Below, in pieces: positions 1-9,566 of a stretch of DNA of 64,000 nucleotides. The notes below the pieces were generated by a model. It had not been told where the DNA came from, searched no databases, and worked only from the letters and a program-made list of their open reading frames with translations. The stretch covers positions 2,619-66,618 of IMG/VR virus record IMGVR_UViG_3300037751_000382. One strand, given 5' to 3'. Source of the stretch: a virus. Its lineage: Duplodnaviria; Heunggongvirae; Uroviricota; Caudoviricetes. Position 1 is the stretch's first letter. Each line of letters begins with the position of its first letter. The translations under genes were made by a program, and so were the position numbers.

Positions 1-256
1 AAAAATGGAATACACGTCACTGATTGTATGATGAACAACATGCAACAGTGCCCTGACATGAAATCCATGAACAAAATGATGGGGCAAATGTAATGCCACT
101 AAAACAAGGATATCCAAAAAAGAAAGCCCCGACCCTTAAAAAGGAAAAGGACACTATTAAAGCGATCCTGGAATCCAATCGCCAAAAGAAACAAATGCTT
201 TTAGGAAAATCTAAGACCACTTCCAAGTAACAAAGGAAAAGTTAAAGGAAAATTAA

Positions 257-535
257 ATGAGAAAGCTAATACTTATAATCTTACTTACAGGTATTTTAGG
301 GATGAGTAAACCTATTTACCGGGCGCCTATTTACCAAGCACCTACTTACCGGGCATCTACTTACCAAGTACCTATTCGCCAAGCACCTACTTACCGAGTA
401 CCCATAAAAATACAAGATAGAAAAATCAAACCTATTCTAGGACCAATCCAATGGGTAGGACAACTTACCAAAAACATAATTGACCAAGTAATAGAAGTTG
501 TTCCTGATCAACCTATAATGAGGAAAAGTAAGTAA
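257..535 (+). CDS. secreted repeat protein (signal peptide plus six P-x-Y-x-A pentapeptide repeats)
   Basis: N-terminal hydrophobic signal MRKLILIILLTGILG. Repeats PIYRA/PIYQA/PTYRA/STYQV/PIRQA/PTYRV are encoded by 15-bp tandem DNA repeats. Confidence 0.5.
   Translation: MRKLILIILLTGILGMSKPIYRAPIYQAPTYRASTYQVPIRQAPTYRVPIKIQDRKIKPILGPIQWVGQLTKNIIDQVIEVVPDQPIMRKSK
311..400 (+). repeat. six tandem 15-bp repeats (consensus cctacttaccragya) inside a coding region
   Basis: Direct reading: cctatttaccgggcg / cctatttaccaagca / cctacttaccgggca / tctacttaccaagta / cctattcgccaagca / cctacttaccgagta. Confidence 0.85.
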
Positions 536-708
536 TGGCTAAAGAAAAGTTTATACAAGCTGCGATTAAGAAACCAGGTGCCTTAACCGCAGCCGCTAAA
601 GCCAAGAAAATGTCCATTAGTGAATTTTGTGCTCAACCAGGTCTCTCTACTCTTTCTAAGCGACGATGTAACTTAGCAAAAACTTTAAATAAATTAAGGC
701 CCAAATGA
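535..708 (+). CDS. small basic protein (57 aa, Lys/Ala-rich)
   Basis: ATG overlaps the upstream stop (TAATG) and the downstream start (ATGA). Resembles the small ORF at 1384-1527. Confidence 0.35.
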   Translation: MAKEKFIQAAIKKPGALTAAAKAKKMSISEFCAQPGLSTLSKRRCNLAKTLNKLRPK

Positions 709-1343
709 AATTATTTACTGGTATCCTACTTACAAGTGTCCTACTTACCGGTAACTTATTTACTAGTAACCTATACTCACAAGACATACAAAATGTCCAA
801 ATCGGTGAGTTAGTTAAATTTGAGGCACCAGAAGCCGAAAGTTATAAATGGTTCGCTGATCTTAACACCAAAGACTTTCTATCTTATAACGGTGATAAGA
901 ATGCAGTGTTCTCTGGAAGGTCCCCTGGTATATATAAATTCTTTTGTGCTTATTACTTACAAGGTAAAATTGACCTGAAAGTGTTTGTGGTTAATGTAAT
1001 AGGACCACCCACTGAACCAAAAGACACAAATGCTCTAGATAAATGGATTCCTTATTGGTTAGGCTCAATGAATCTACCTAAGGATCAAGTTGAGTTACTT
1101 GCACAAGCATTTGATAAAACAGCTCTAAGAATTACAGCGGGTATGACCGGGGAGCAGATCATTCCTATAATGACTGAGGAAACAAAGAAGGCTCTTGGTG
1201 ACAATGTAACTCAATGGGTACCCCTATTAACTAAACTTAAAACAGTCTGTGAAAATAAAGCAAAGGAAGGTAAGCTTAGTACTCCAAAAGACCACATCGA
1301 TTTATTCCAAGAAATAAGTAAAGGGCTACGAACTTACAAGTAA
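705..1343 (+). CDS. secreted protein with N-terminal signal peptide
   Basis: MKLFTGILLTSVLLTGNLFTSNLYSQD. The 5' end is built from the same 15-bp repeat family as ORF 257. Confidence 0.5.
   Translation: MKLFTGILLTSVLLTGNLFTSNLYSQDIQNVQIGELVKFEAPEAESYKWFADLNTKDFLSYNGDKNAVFSGRSPGIYKFFCAYYLQGKIDLKVFVVNVIGPPTEPKDTNALDKWIPYWLGSMNLPKDQVELLAQAFDKTALRITAGMTGEQIIPIMTEETKKALGDNVTQWVPLLTKLKTVCENKAKEGKLSTPKDHIDLFQEISKGLRTYK
725..784 (+). repeat. four tandem 15-bp repeats related to the array at 311-400
   Basis: cctacttacaagtgt / cctacttaccggtaa / cttatttactagtaa / cctatactcacaaga. Confidence 0.8.
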
Positions 1344-1383
1344 TAGGTAATAAGTAACCGGTAATAAGTAACAGGTAACAATT

Positions 1384-1527
1384 ATGCCCGTTGTCTCTCA
1401 AAAACAATTTAAGCTAATGAAGGCTATTGAAAGTGGTACCATAAAAAAGAAAGGACTTTCTAAGGCCAAAGCTAAAGAGTTCACTAAAGGGGTAAATTTT
1501 AAAAATCTTCCGAAGAAAGCAACGTAA
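1384..1527 (+). CDS. small basic protein (47 aa), paralog of 535-708
   Basis: MPVVSQKQFKLMKAIESGTIKKKGLSKAKAKEF... occupies the same position relative to the upstream secreted-protein gene. Confidence 0.3.
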   Translation: MPVVSQKQFKLMKAIESGTIKKKGLSKAKAKEFTKGVNFKNLPKKAT

Positions 1528-1539
1528 CAAAGGAACATA

Positions 1540-2571
1540 ATGTTAAGAAGAAGTTTCTTAGGAACATTAGCTCTACCTTTTATCCCTAAACTTTTAAAGG
1601 CAAATGAATATACTCCTATTTACTCGGGGTGGATAAACGACCCTTTATCTGTTCATAGATATATAAACTCAAGACCGTTGCCTTTCATTTCTCAACAGAA
1701 TCAACAGATAAAGAATTCAGGTAACGGGAAAGTGGTAATGCTCCACCCGTTCCTTGAGAAGGCTCAAGGTCACCCAATTATTCCCAGGAAACAAGGAACA
1801 GGAGATTGTGTAGGCCAAGCATTTGCAAATGGCGCAGACATACTAACCGGGGTACAGATAAATTTACACAGTAAACCAGAGAAGTATATTGCTCCAGCTA
1901 GTGCTGAGGTAATTTACGGCGGAGCAAGAATAGAAATTGCTAAAAATAAAGATAACTTAAGGATACCCTCTTCAGGTAGTGCAGGTTCCTGGGCAGCTGA
2001 TTGGGTAGTAGAATATGGGGTTCTTCTCCAACAGAAATATATTACTAAGAAGAGTGAACATGATCTATCTACTTACAATGCACAAGTATCTAAGGAATTT
2101 GGTAAAATAGGTATACCGGATGATTTAGAACCATTTGCTAAAGAGCATCCTATAAAAACTACTGCTCTTGTAAAAACTTGGCAGGAACTAATCGACTCGG
2201 TTGTTAATGGGTACCCCGTTGTAATTTGTTCTGGACTTGGATTTGGACCAACAGATAGATCATGGGTAAGAGATAAAGATGGATATTTAAAAAGACAAGG
2301 TAATTGGAACCATGCCCTATTGGTGATCGGGTTTGACGACGCTTCACCGAGGAAGGGTGCTTGCTTCCTTAATTCTTGGGGCAGTTCACATAGTGGACCA
2401 ACGCTTCACAATAATCCCCCTACTTGCGCCTTTTGGGTTGATAAAAATGTAGTGGAACAAGGATTAGTGAATAGGTTTAGGGGAAAGAGTTCACCAGATA
2501 GCTTCGCACTTTCAAACTACATTGGGTATCCTTTCCAGGCAGATAAAATCCTTGATTATACTTTTTGGTAA
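1540..2571 (+). CDS. papain-like (C1-family-like) cysteine peptidase with twin-arginine (Tat) signal
   Basis: N-terminal MLRRSFLGTLALPF is a Tat motif (RRxFLG). GDCVGQAF is a Cys nucleophile box, NHALLVIGFDD a His box, NSWGSSHSG an Asn-Ser-Trp box, in papain order. Confidence 0.5.
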   Translation: MLRRSFLGTLALPFIPKLLKANEYTPIYSGWINDPLSVHRYINSRPLPFISQQNQQIKNSGNGKVVMLHPFLEKAQGHPIIPRKQGTGDCVGQAFANGADILTGVQINLHSKPEKYIAPASAEVIYGGARIEIAKNKDNLRIPSSGSAGSWAADWVVEYGVLLQQKYITKKSEHDLSTYNAQVSKEFGKIGIPDDLEPFAKEHPIKTTALVKTWQELIDSVVNGYPVVICSGLGFGPTDRSWVRDKDGYLKRQGNWNHALLVIGFDDASPRKGACFLNSWGSSHSGPTLHNNPPTCAFWVDKNVVEQGLVNRFRGKSSPDSFALSNYIGYPFQADKILDYTFW

Positions 2572-2574
2572 ACT

Positions 2575-3124
2575 ATGAAAAAGTGTTCAGATTGTCACGA
2601 AATCAAATCAGCGGAAATGTTCTCAAAAGCTAGTTCTAAAAAAGATGGTTTACATAATATCTGTAAAAATTGTGATGTAGAAAGAATTAGGAAATATCGT
2701 AAAAATAATCCTGAAAAAGTTAAAGAAACTCGTCAAAAATATTATAAAAATAATATAGAAAAAATTAGAGAAACCCAGCAAAAATATTATACAAATAATA
2801 TAGAAAAAATTAGAGAAATCCATCAAAAATATTATAAAAATAATGCTGAAAAAATTAGAGAACAGAAGTTAATAAATAACTATGGGCTTACCACCAATGA
2901 TTATGAAAATCTTTTAAATTCTCAAAAGCATAAATGTGCAATCTGTGGTACAAATGATCCCGGCAAAAAATGGATGGAACATTGATCATGATCATGATAC
3001 AGATTTAGTGCGTGGTATTCTATGTACCGCATGTAACATAGGTATAGGTTTGTTTAAAGATTCTCCTTACACTTTACTTAGTGCGGTCAATTATTTACAA
3101 TTTACAAGTAAAATGATTATATAA
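2575..3124 (+). pseudogene. HNH homing endonuclease (endonuclease VII family) with a +1 frameshift in an A6 tract
   Basis: ORFs 2575-2985 and 2936-3124 are the two halves of one HNH: the zinc ribbon CSDCHEIK...CKNC plus KYYKNNxEKI repeats ...CAICGTNDPGKK, then NGWNIDHDHDTDLVRGILCTACNIGIGLF. The frames meet at the A run 2965-2970. Removing one A restores PGKNGWNIDHDHD, matching paralogs. Confidence 0.6.
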
Positions 3125-3600
3125 TGAGTAAAACACTTAGGAAACTGGTTTATGCGTCCATTACGATTATTACAATTATTGCGATGGTGGAAGGAATTCA
3201 AAACCATTTTGGTAAAACCAACATCATTCAAAGAATTGTTGGTGCTGATAACCCGTTTGACCCATCTATCCCACTCCCTAATGGACCTGCTGAAGTACCC
3301 CAGGTTACCAGTGAAGTCACAATTACAACCTACACTGCAAAATGGTGCGCCGCCTGTCATCAATTTAAACCAGAACTCGAAAAACTCAGAAAACTTGGAT
3401 ACTCAGTCACATACATTGACGTTGACGAAAACCAAGAAAACGCTGACAAAGAAAAGGTCTTATCGCTCCCTTTTACAAAGATTACGAGCGACACGGGGAA
3501 AAAAGTGACTTTTTATGGGTTTCAAAGTAGTGATCAAATCATTGAAATGATTAAGCAATTGACAAGTAATAATGAACCAAATAACTCTGAACATAATTAA
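3124..3600 (+). CDS. membrane-anchored thioredoxin-fold protein (WCxxC)
   Basis: N-terminal TM helix ASITIITIIAMV. WCAACH redox motif followed by a thioredoxin-like layout. Confidence 0.5.
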   Translation: MSKTLRKLVYASITIITIIAMVEGIQNHFGKTNIIQRIVGADNPFDPSIPLPNGPAEVPQVTSEVTITTYTAKWCAACHQFKPELEKLRKLGYSVTYIDVDENQENADKEKVLSLPFTKITSDTGKKVTFYGFQSSDQIIEMIKQLTSNNEPNNSEHN

Positions 3601-3859
3601 TTGTGGAGCAATAGTAGCTGTAATAGCTACTGTAATTTCGTTTTCTAATTTGTTTACACCGATTAGGGAAAAATTACCTTATTTAAAGGGTCTGTTTTAT
3701 TGCCCATTGTGTCTTAGTTACTGGATTTCATTACCTATTACATTGTTACTTAGTGAAATAAAATACTGTTTCCTAGTAATTTTGATCAGTAATATAATGA
3801 CACTGTTAATCGTATTGTTATATAATCAGATAAATATATTTGAGAATGAGGAAAAATAA
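3572..3859 (+). CDS. small integral membrane protein (2-3 TM; holin-like candidate)
   Basis: 95 aa, hydrophobic segments AIVAVIATVISF, WISLPITLLL, FLVILISNIMTLLIVLL, charged C-terminus. Confidence 0.3.
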   Translation: MNQITLNIINCGAIVAVIATVISFSNLFTPIREKLPYLKGLFYCPLCLSYWISLPITLLLSEIKYCFLVILISNIMTLLIVLLYNQINIFENEEK

Positions 3860-4146
3860 TGGCACAACGTGTGATAGATGCAGAGCTAAAACCTAGAGGA
3901 TACGAACAATTAGACTCATTAGCTACAGCAACAGGACTTTCCAATGTGCCAAATGGTGCTATTGGAGCACTTCTGCAAGCTGAAGACCAATTTATCCGAT
4001 GGAGTGATGCAATAGTCCCTACTACCTCATTAGGTATGGTGTTAGCCGCTGGCGACACGATATGGTACGTTGGAAGCCTCGCCAAGATAAAATTCATCGA
4101 AATGGCTGCTTCTGCTAAATTAAATGTCTCTTATTACTCCTTGTAA
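3859..4146 (+). CDS. hypothetical protein
   Basis: Intact ORF tightly packed between neighbours. Confidence 0.3.
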   Translation: MAQRVIDAELKPRGYEQLDSLATATGLSNVPNGAIGALLQAEDQFIRWSDAIVPTTSLGMVLAAGDTIWYVGSLAKIKFIEMAASAKLNVSYYSL

Positions 4147-5118
4147 ATGTTACGACTCTTTAAACGATATACCAGTAACAAAGAAACCTTTAGAAATTAC
4201 TCTAAAGCTAATGCTGCCTATTTAAAAGCAACCAATACTACTTACTTAGTAACAGAAAACGCAGCAACACAAGATGGCCCAATCACAGTTACTGGTTGGT
4301 TTAAAATAGATATAGTTGGCGGAACCAAACCAATATTTTGGATCGGTGATAAGGATCAAGCCAATGAATATAAAGGGATATTTGTTACTGGTGGTGGAAT
4401 TTACAGGGTAATTTCTATCAATGCCACTGTTGCTCAAGGTTTATCTGATATAGCTGGTACTTGGAATGATGGAGGTTGGCATTTTTTTGCCGGAGTATGG
4501 ACCTCAAATACCAGTAGGCATGGACGTTTAGATGACACAGTTAGCTCGGCCAATACTAATAATGTAACTAGAACCGCTAATTATGACCGTACATCACTTG
4601 GATCACACTTAGATAGTACACCCGTTTATTCTCAGGCCACGGCTCTAGATAATATTACGCTATGGAATAGTGAACTAACTAATGATGAACTTACTTGGTT
4701 ACGCGATAACCAGACTCCAACATTATATTATGATTTACAATCTCAACAAGGATCACCAAATGTACCGGACACAACTAACCTAAAAGGTTTCTGGTCACTT
4801 GATGAAAGGCACGGTCCAAGAAAAGACTTTTCATCCTCTCGATTAGATATGGCTATGGTTAGAGGAACAGGATTAAGTGATTTTGATGATGTCATTATAG
4901 CTGTTCCTGGTAAAAACACAAAAAGAAATGCAAGAGCATATAATGATCTAGTTCTCAGTGATTTAGTTGATTGGGCATGGGGAGGAATAGGAACAGAGAC
5001 ACTTAATTTTAGTCAAACTATCGATCTTACAGGTACAACTAACCTGTCGTGGGCAGGTATAGTATCAAGTCAGTTAACATTAAACCATATAGCAAATTAT
5101 GAGGTTATTACTCCATGA
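4147..5118 (+). CDS. concanavalin-A-like lectin/LamG-fold domain protein
   Basis: WNDGGWHFFAGVWTS ... pattern typical of LamG/Laminin_G_3 domains. A related domain sits in the C-terminus of 16097-17578. Confidence 0.4.
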   Translation: MLRLFKRYTSNKETFRNYSKANAAYLKATNTTYLVTENAATQDGPITVTGWFKIDIVGGTKPIFWIGDKDQANEYKGIFVTGGGIYRVISINATVAQGLSDIAGTWNDGGWHFFAGVWTSNTSRHGRLDDTVSSANTNNVTRTANYDRTSLGSHLDSTPVYSQATALDNITLWNSELTNDELTWLRDNQTPTLYYDLQSQQGSPNVPDTTNLKGFWSLDERHGPRKDFSSSRLDMAMVRGTGLSDFDDVIIAVPGKNTKRNARAYNDLVLSDLVDWAWGGIGTETLNFSQTIDLTGTTNLSWAGIVSSQLTLNHIANYEVITP

Positions 5119-5435
5119 GACAACGAATGACAAATCGCAGGCTTGCTAGGACAATTCGTTCAGCAGCGAAGCAAAGTTTAGACAAGAGTGAAATTACTAC
5201 CGATCAATATTATCAACTTTCTGGTGCCTCGCATAGTAGGGAGTATTTAAAGGAAGCAAGAAAGCAATTAGAAAAGGAAGGTGCTCCGTGGGCAAAGAAA
5301 GGAATTAGTGAACTAAATTTCCAGTCAATTTGGGATTGGTTTATTGAGAATTGGCCCACAATTTTAAAGATTTTACAGGCACTACTTACCGTGGTTCCTT
5401 TATTTATGGATGATTTAGAGGGAGATAATCAATGA
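5115..5435 (+). CDS. hypothetical protein (position compatible with a small terminase subunit)
   Basis: Basic N-terminus, located just upstream of TerL. No motif support. Confidence 0.2.
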   Translation: MRQRMTNRRLARTIRSAAKQSLDKSEITTDQYYQLSGASHSREYLKEARKQLEKEGAPWAKKGISELNFQSIWDWFIENWPTILKILQALLTVVPLFMDDLEGDNQ

Positions 5436-5755
5436 TTTTAGAGTGCCCTTTTAGAGGTTTACATAGAGTAGGTTACACATGTTACGATCAACATGGAGAG
5501 CTATATGGAGGTAGCTCAAGTTTTTCTAGCAAAATTGAAATAGAAGTACCTGACTCCGTAATTTCTGTTTTAGTTAAAGTTATGGATCAAGGTAACACTA
5601 TTACAAGTGCTCATCTTTGGGAAAACAATAAATGGAAGATGGTGGAATTAGATGATATGGATAAATTGATCGAAAGACTCTCTAAACCAAAGAAACAATT
5701 ACCTCCGAAAAAGTTAGACATGAACAAGTATCCGTTTACAACAATAGATGGCTGA
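5432..5755 (+). CDS. hypothetical protein
   Basis: ORF overlapping both neighbours by 4 nt (translational coupling). Confidence 0.3.
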   Translation: MILECPFRGLHRVGYTCYDQHGELYGGSSSFSSKIEIEVPDSVISVLVKVMDQGNTITSAHLWENNKWKMVELDDMDKLIERLSKPKKQLPPKKLDMNKYPFTTIDG

Positions 5756-7433
5756 AGACCTCGCACAAATATTTCGGGAAGCAATAGTCCAAGGACTTGT
5801 AAATAAAACATTGTCCACACCCTCTAGGTGGGCGCTCAAAAAAAGGATCATGGGTGAACCTTTTATTGGACCATATTCCTTTAAATATCATCCTTGGTGC
5901 AAGGAATTACATGATGCAAAAACAAGTTTTGTAACAACGATGAAAGCTGCCCAGATGGGGGTGACTGAAGTAGCAATTAATTTAGCTTTTTATGTTGTTG
6001 ATGTAGCAAAGAAAGATGTTCTTTACGTACTTCCTACAGCCCTTGGAGCAAGTGATTTTTCCAAAGCCCGGTTTAGTACTGCTCTTTTATATAGCCCCCA
6101 TTTAAAGAATCTATTTACAGATACAAACACAGTTGGTTTAAAACAAGCCGGAGGAGTTAATTTATATATTCGCGGATCAAGAGGTGAATCAAATCTTGTT
6201 TCCATTCCTGTCTCTACATTAATTCTAGATGAGGTTGACAGGATGGATCAAAAACAGATATGGTTAGCCTTGGAACGTCTTTCAGGACACATTGATAAAA
6301 CGATATGGGCAATTTCTACCCCGACTGTTCCAGAGCACGGTATTCACAATTTATATTTACTAGGAACTCAGGAACATTATACATTTAAATGTCCACACTG
6401 CGAAAAACTTACCGAGTTAATTTGGCCAGATTGTATTGAAATTTGCGGTGAGTCAATAACAGATGAAAATTGTAGACGTTCTTTTTTAAAATGTAAAGAA
6501 TGTAAACATAAATTAGATCAAGAAACTAAACCAGAATGGTTGAGCCCAGATACCAGTAAATGGGAACCAACGGTCACTGGTATAAATGATCATAGAAGTT
6601 TTTACATTAACCAACTTTATAGTTACACGATAAACCCCTGCGAAATAGTAATCGCTTATTTTAGAGGTCAACAATCAGAAACTGCTGAAGTAGAATTTCA
6701 CAATTCAAAATTAGGGGTTCCATTTGTTCCTGAAGGTGGACAGGTAACAGTAGACGAAATATTAAAAGCAAAGCGTTCCTATACAATGAAGGACCCTAGA
6801 CCGGCACCCGGACAAGGAACTCAATTAATTTGTATGGGTATAGATCAAGGAAAGAAAAATCATGTTGTTGTAGTAGAATATTTGATTATGGATAGGGAAG
6901 GAAGAGATATAAATGCTTCTACAGGGGCAAAAGTACTATTTACAGGGACATTTCCAGGGGAGGATTTTGGTACTTTGGATCATTTAATGAGGGAATGGCA
7001 AGTTTTAGCTTGTGTTATTGATGCTGATCCTCAAATAAATGACGCCCGCAGATTTGCACGACGTTTCCCCGGTTATGTGCACTTGTGTAGATATAGACGA
7101 GGTGTAACAGGTGGTGAACAAAAAGTAGCTGAAGAAGACAGTGGAGCACCTATAGTTACAGTTGATCGAACGAATTGGTTAGATGCTACTTTAGGTCGAT
7201 TTCACAGTGATCGGATTCATTTGCCTCTTGATATACCCAATGAATTTATTGAAAATATAAAAGTTCTAGTGAGAACTTACGAGCGAGATGATCAAGGAAA
7301 CCCGAAAGCAGTTTATATTAACACTGGTATGCGACCAGATCACTATGCTCATGCACTTAATTATGCTGAAATAGCATTACCTTTTGCTGCTGGAATCGGT
7401 ACCAGTGAAGCAATAACTGAGAGAATAATATAA
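5748..7433 (+). CDS. terL: terminase large subunit
   Basis: ATPase-like N-terminal half (Walker B-like LILDEVDRMD). C-terminal RNaseH-like nuclease half with acidic residues (ICMGIDQGKKNHVVVVEY, ACVIDADP). Immediately precedes the portal. Confidence 0.7.
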   Translation: MAEDLAQIFREAIVQGLVNKTLSTPSRWALKKRIMGEPFIGPYSFKYHPWCKELHDAKTSFVTTMKAAQMGVTEVAINLAFYVVDVAKKDVLYVLPTALGASDFSKARFSTALLYSPHLKNLFTDTNTVGLKQAGGVNLYIRGSRGESNLVSIPVSTLILDEVDRMDQKQIWLALERLSGHIDKTIWAISTPTVPEHGIHNLYLLGTQEHYTFKCPHCEKLTELIWPDCIEICGESITDENCRRSFLKCKECKHKLDQETKPEWLSPDTSKWEPTVTGINDHRSFYINQLYSYTINPCEIVIAYFRGQQSETAEVEFHNSKLGVPFVPEGGQVTVDEILKAKRSYTMKDPRPAPGQGTQLICMGIDQGKKNHVVVVEYLIMDREGRDINASTGAKVLFTGTFPGEDFGTLDHLMREWQVLACVIDADPQINDARRFARRFPGYVHLCRYRRGVTGGEQKVAEEDSGAPIVTVDRTNWLDATLGRFHSDRIHLPLDIPNEFIENIKVLVRTYERDDQGNPKAVYINTGMRPDHYAHALNYAEIALPFAAGIGTSEAITERII

Positions 7434-7434
7434 G

Positions 7435-9249
7435 ATGACTGCACGTGTTCCTAATATAATGTCTATTCGTCATCCTCTGTACTCCCAAGATGAACTTTAT
7501 TGGTGGCAATGGCGAGAATGTTATGAAGGTGGAGAACAATATCTTAATAGAAACCTTAAAAAATTTAGTGACAGAGAAACAGAAGCAGAGTTTGCGGACA
7601 GAAAATCCATGTCTCCAATTGAAACATTCGCAAAATCTGCTGTAGATGATATCCGTAATTCCATTTTTCTTAGATTAGGTGATATAATTAGGAAAGATGG
7701 TAGTGATTCGTATATGAGTGCAGCTCAAGGAGAAAATGGTGGAGTAGATAACAATGGTTCCACAATGCAAAATTTCATGGGCATTGAAGTTGGTACAGAA
7801 TTATTGGTAATGGGTCGAGTTGGAATTTATGTAGATGCTCCAGAGATAGCTGGTCAAACACTTATAGATGCCCAAGGAAAACGTCCCTATATTTATAAGT
7901 ATGATGTAGAAGATATATTAGCTTGGACAGCTTCTAAACCAGAAGAACCAGGTCAATATCAGGCTCTATTGCTTCGTGATAAAGGAATAGATTTTACCGC
8001 AGAAGTTGTTCCCGGAGTGGATTTGCCGAGCGGAATATTTACCAGGTATCGATTACTTTGGATCGATAAAATTACCGGGAGGGTTAATTTGCAATTCTTT
8101 GATGAACAAGGCACTCCTATTGATAAAAACGGTAATAAAGTTTTAGAAATAATAGAGCTTGATCTTTATAAAATTCCTTTTGTAATGCCAGATATAAAAG
8201 GATCAATTTTAAAAAATGTAGTTAATCACCAAAAAGCCCTTCTCAATTTAACTTCTAGTGATGTTAGTTACGCTTTAAAAGCAAACTTTCCCTTCTTCAC
8301 TATGCAGAAGGATACAATGGCTGCTGGAGAACATTTAAAGGAATTTGTTAGTGATGAAGGAACTACAGGAACCACTAGGAATGAGAAACAAGGTAAAGAA
8401 AAGAAAGTAGGCACTAGATTAGGGATGACCTATCCCTTAAAGGCTGATCGTCCCCAGTTTATTCATCCCTCCTCTGAGCCTTTGGAAGCTTCTATGAAGC
8501 TTAGGGAGAACATTGAAGATAATATTAGAAAGTTAGTAAATTTAGAAGTACAAAATAAAATTGGAACTAAAGCAATTTCAGCCGAAGCTTTAAAGTTAAG
8601 TGATCAAGGATTAGAAGCCGGTTTAGCATTTATTGGATTAGTTTTAGAAGGTGCTGAACGAGGAATAGCACAACATTGGGCTTCTTATGAGAATAAGAAT
8701 CCCAAAAAGCGTAAGGTAGCAGTAATTAAATATCCTGATCGATATAGTTTAAAGTCCGATAAAGATCGTTTAGATGAAGCTAAACAATTAACTGAAATTA
8801 TTACATCAATACCAGGGCGCGAAGCCAAGCGAGAATTACAAAAGACAATTGCAAGTGCATTACTTTCAGGGAAAGTTAGTTCAGATAAATTAGTGGCAAT
8901 TTACAAGGAAATTGATAATGCTGACTATACGACAAGTGATCCTGAAATAATTTTACAAGCTGTGGAAAAAGGTCTTTGTGATGAAAAAACAGGGTCAATT
9001 GCATTAGGTTTTGCTGAAAGGGTTCATATTCAGGCTAGAAAAGATCACGCTGAAAGAGCTAAACGTATATTAGCGGCGCAAACTGCGGCTAAGGAGAGTG
9101 ATCCCGCTGCCCGTGGTTTAAATGATTTATCTGCGAATAATAAGGCTGGTGAAGAGGAAAAGGAAGAGTCTCGCGAGACTACTTTAAAGGAAACTAAAGA
9201 GGTACCAGTGAGGGGCGAAGGTAAATCTAACAATGAAGAAAACGAATGA
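7435..9249 (+). CDS. portal protein (candidate)
   Basis: 604 aa, directly after TerL, acidic Glu-rich C-terminal tail. Call is positional. Confidence 0.45.
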   Translation: MTARVPNIMSIRHPLYSQDELYWWQWRECYEGGEQYLNRNLKKFSDRETEAEFADRKSMSPIETFAKSAVDDIRNSIFLRLGDIIRKDGSDSYMSAAQGENGGVDNNGSTMQNFMGIEVGTELLVMGRVGIYVDAPEIAGQTLIDAQGKRPYIYKYDVEDILAWTASKPEEPGQYQALLLRDKGIDFTAEVVPGVDLPSGIFTRYRLLWIDKITGRVNLQFFDEQGTPIDKNGNKVLEIIELDLYKIPFVMPDIKGSILKNVVNHQKALLNLTSSDVSYALKANFPFFTMQKDTMAAGEHLKEFVSDEGTTGTTRNEKQGKEKKVGTRLGMTYPLKADRPQFIHPSSEPLEASMKLRENIEDNIRKLVNLEVQNKIGTKAISAEALKLSDQGLEAGLAFIGLVLEGAERGIAQHWASYENKNPKKRKVAVIKYPDRYSLKSDKDRLDEAKQLTEIITSIPGREAKRELQKTIASALLSGKVSSDKLVAIYKEIDNADYTTSDPEIILQAVEKGLCDEKTGSIALGFAERVHIQARKDHAERAKRILAAQTAAKESDPAARGLNDLSANNKAGEEEKEESRETTLKETKEVPVRGEGKSNNEENE

Positions 9250-9566
9250 GCGGCATAGTAGAGCTGGGCAAAGAAAGTACACAAGCCAGTAGTTTAAAAT
9301 ACGGCCGAACATTAGTTGGATTAACCGCTGTTCCAGTTAATTTATACGTTGAAAATTTACGATATAACATTGTAATTAGAGCTAATGGTTCTGGTGATCC
9401 TTTACCAAATACCGCTTTTATATATGTTGGTGATAAAAATGTAACTGTAAATACAGGCTTCCCTATCCCACCTGGATCAAGCGTAGAGTTATTTATAAAC
9501 AATGTCAATGAAATATATGTTATTAGTTCAGCTATAAATCAAGAAATAGCTTGGATTGGATTATAA
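9246..9566 (+). CDS. hypothetical virion protein
   Basis: Small ORF in the head module. Confidence 0.3.
   Translation: MSGIVELGKESTQASSLKYGRTLVGLTAVPVNLYVENLRYNIVIRANGSGDPLPNTAFIYVGDKNVTVNTGFPIPPGSSVELFINNVNEIYVISSAINQEIAWIGL

Noticed and set aside
311-400. Possible CRISPR array or att-site repeats (15-bp, 60-bp and 12-bp tandem repeats).
   Set aside because: The repeats are contiguous with no spacers, are in-frame within ORFs, and there are no cas genes. They are coding tandem repeats, not CRISPR.
3152-3508. Alternate-frame + strand ORF overlapping the thioredoxin-like gene. Likewise 18543-18848, 55051-55284 and 49755-49973.
   Set aside because: The overlapped frame carries the recognisable motifs (WCxxC and so on). 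The alternate frames are compositionally odd and unsupported.
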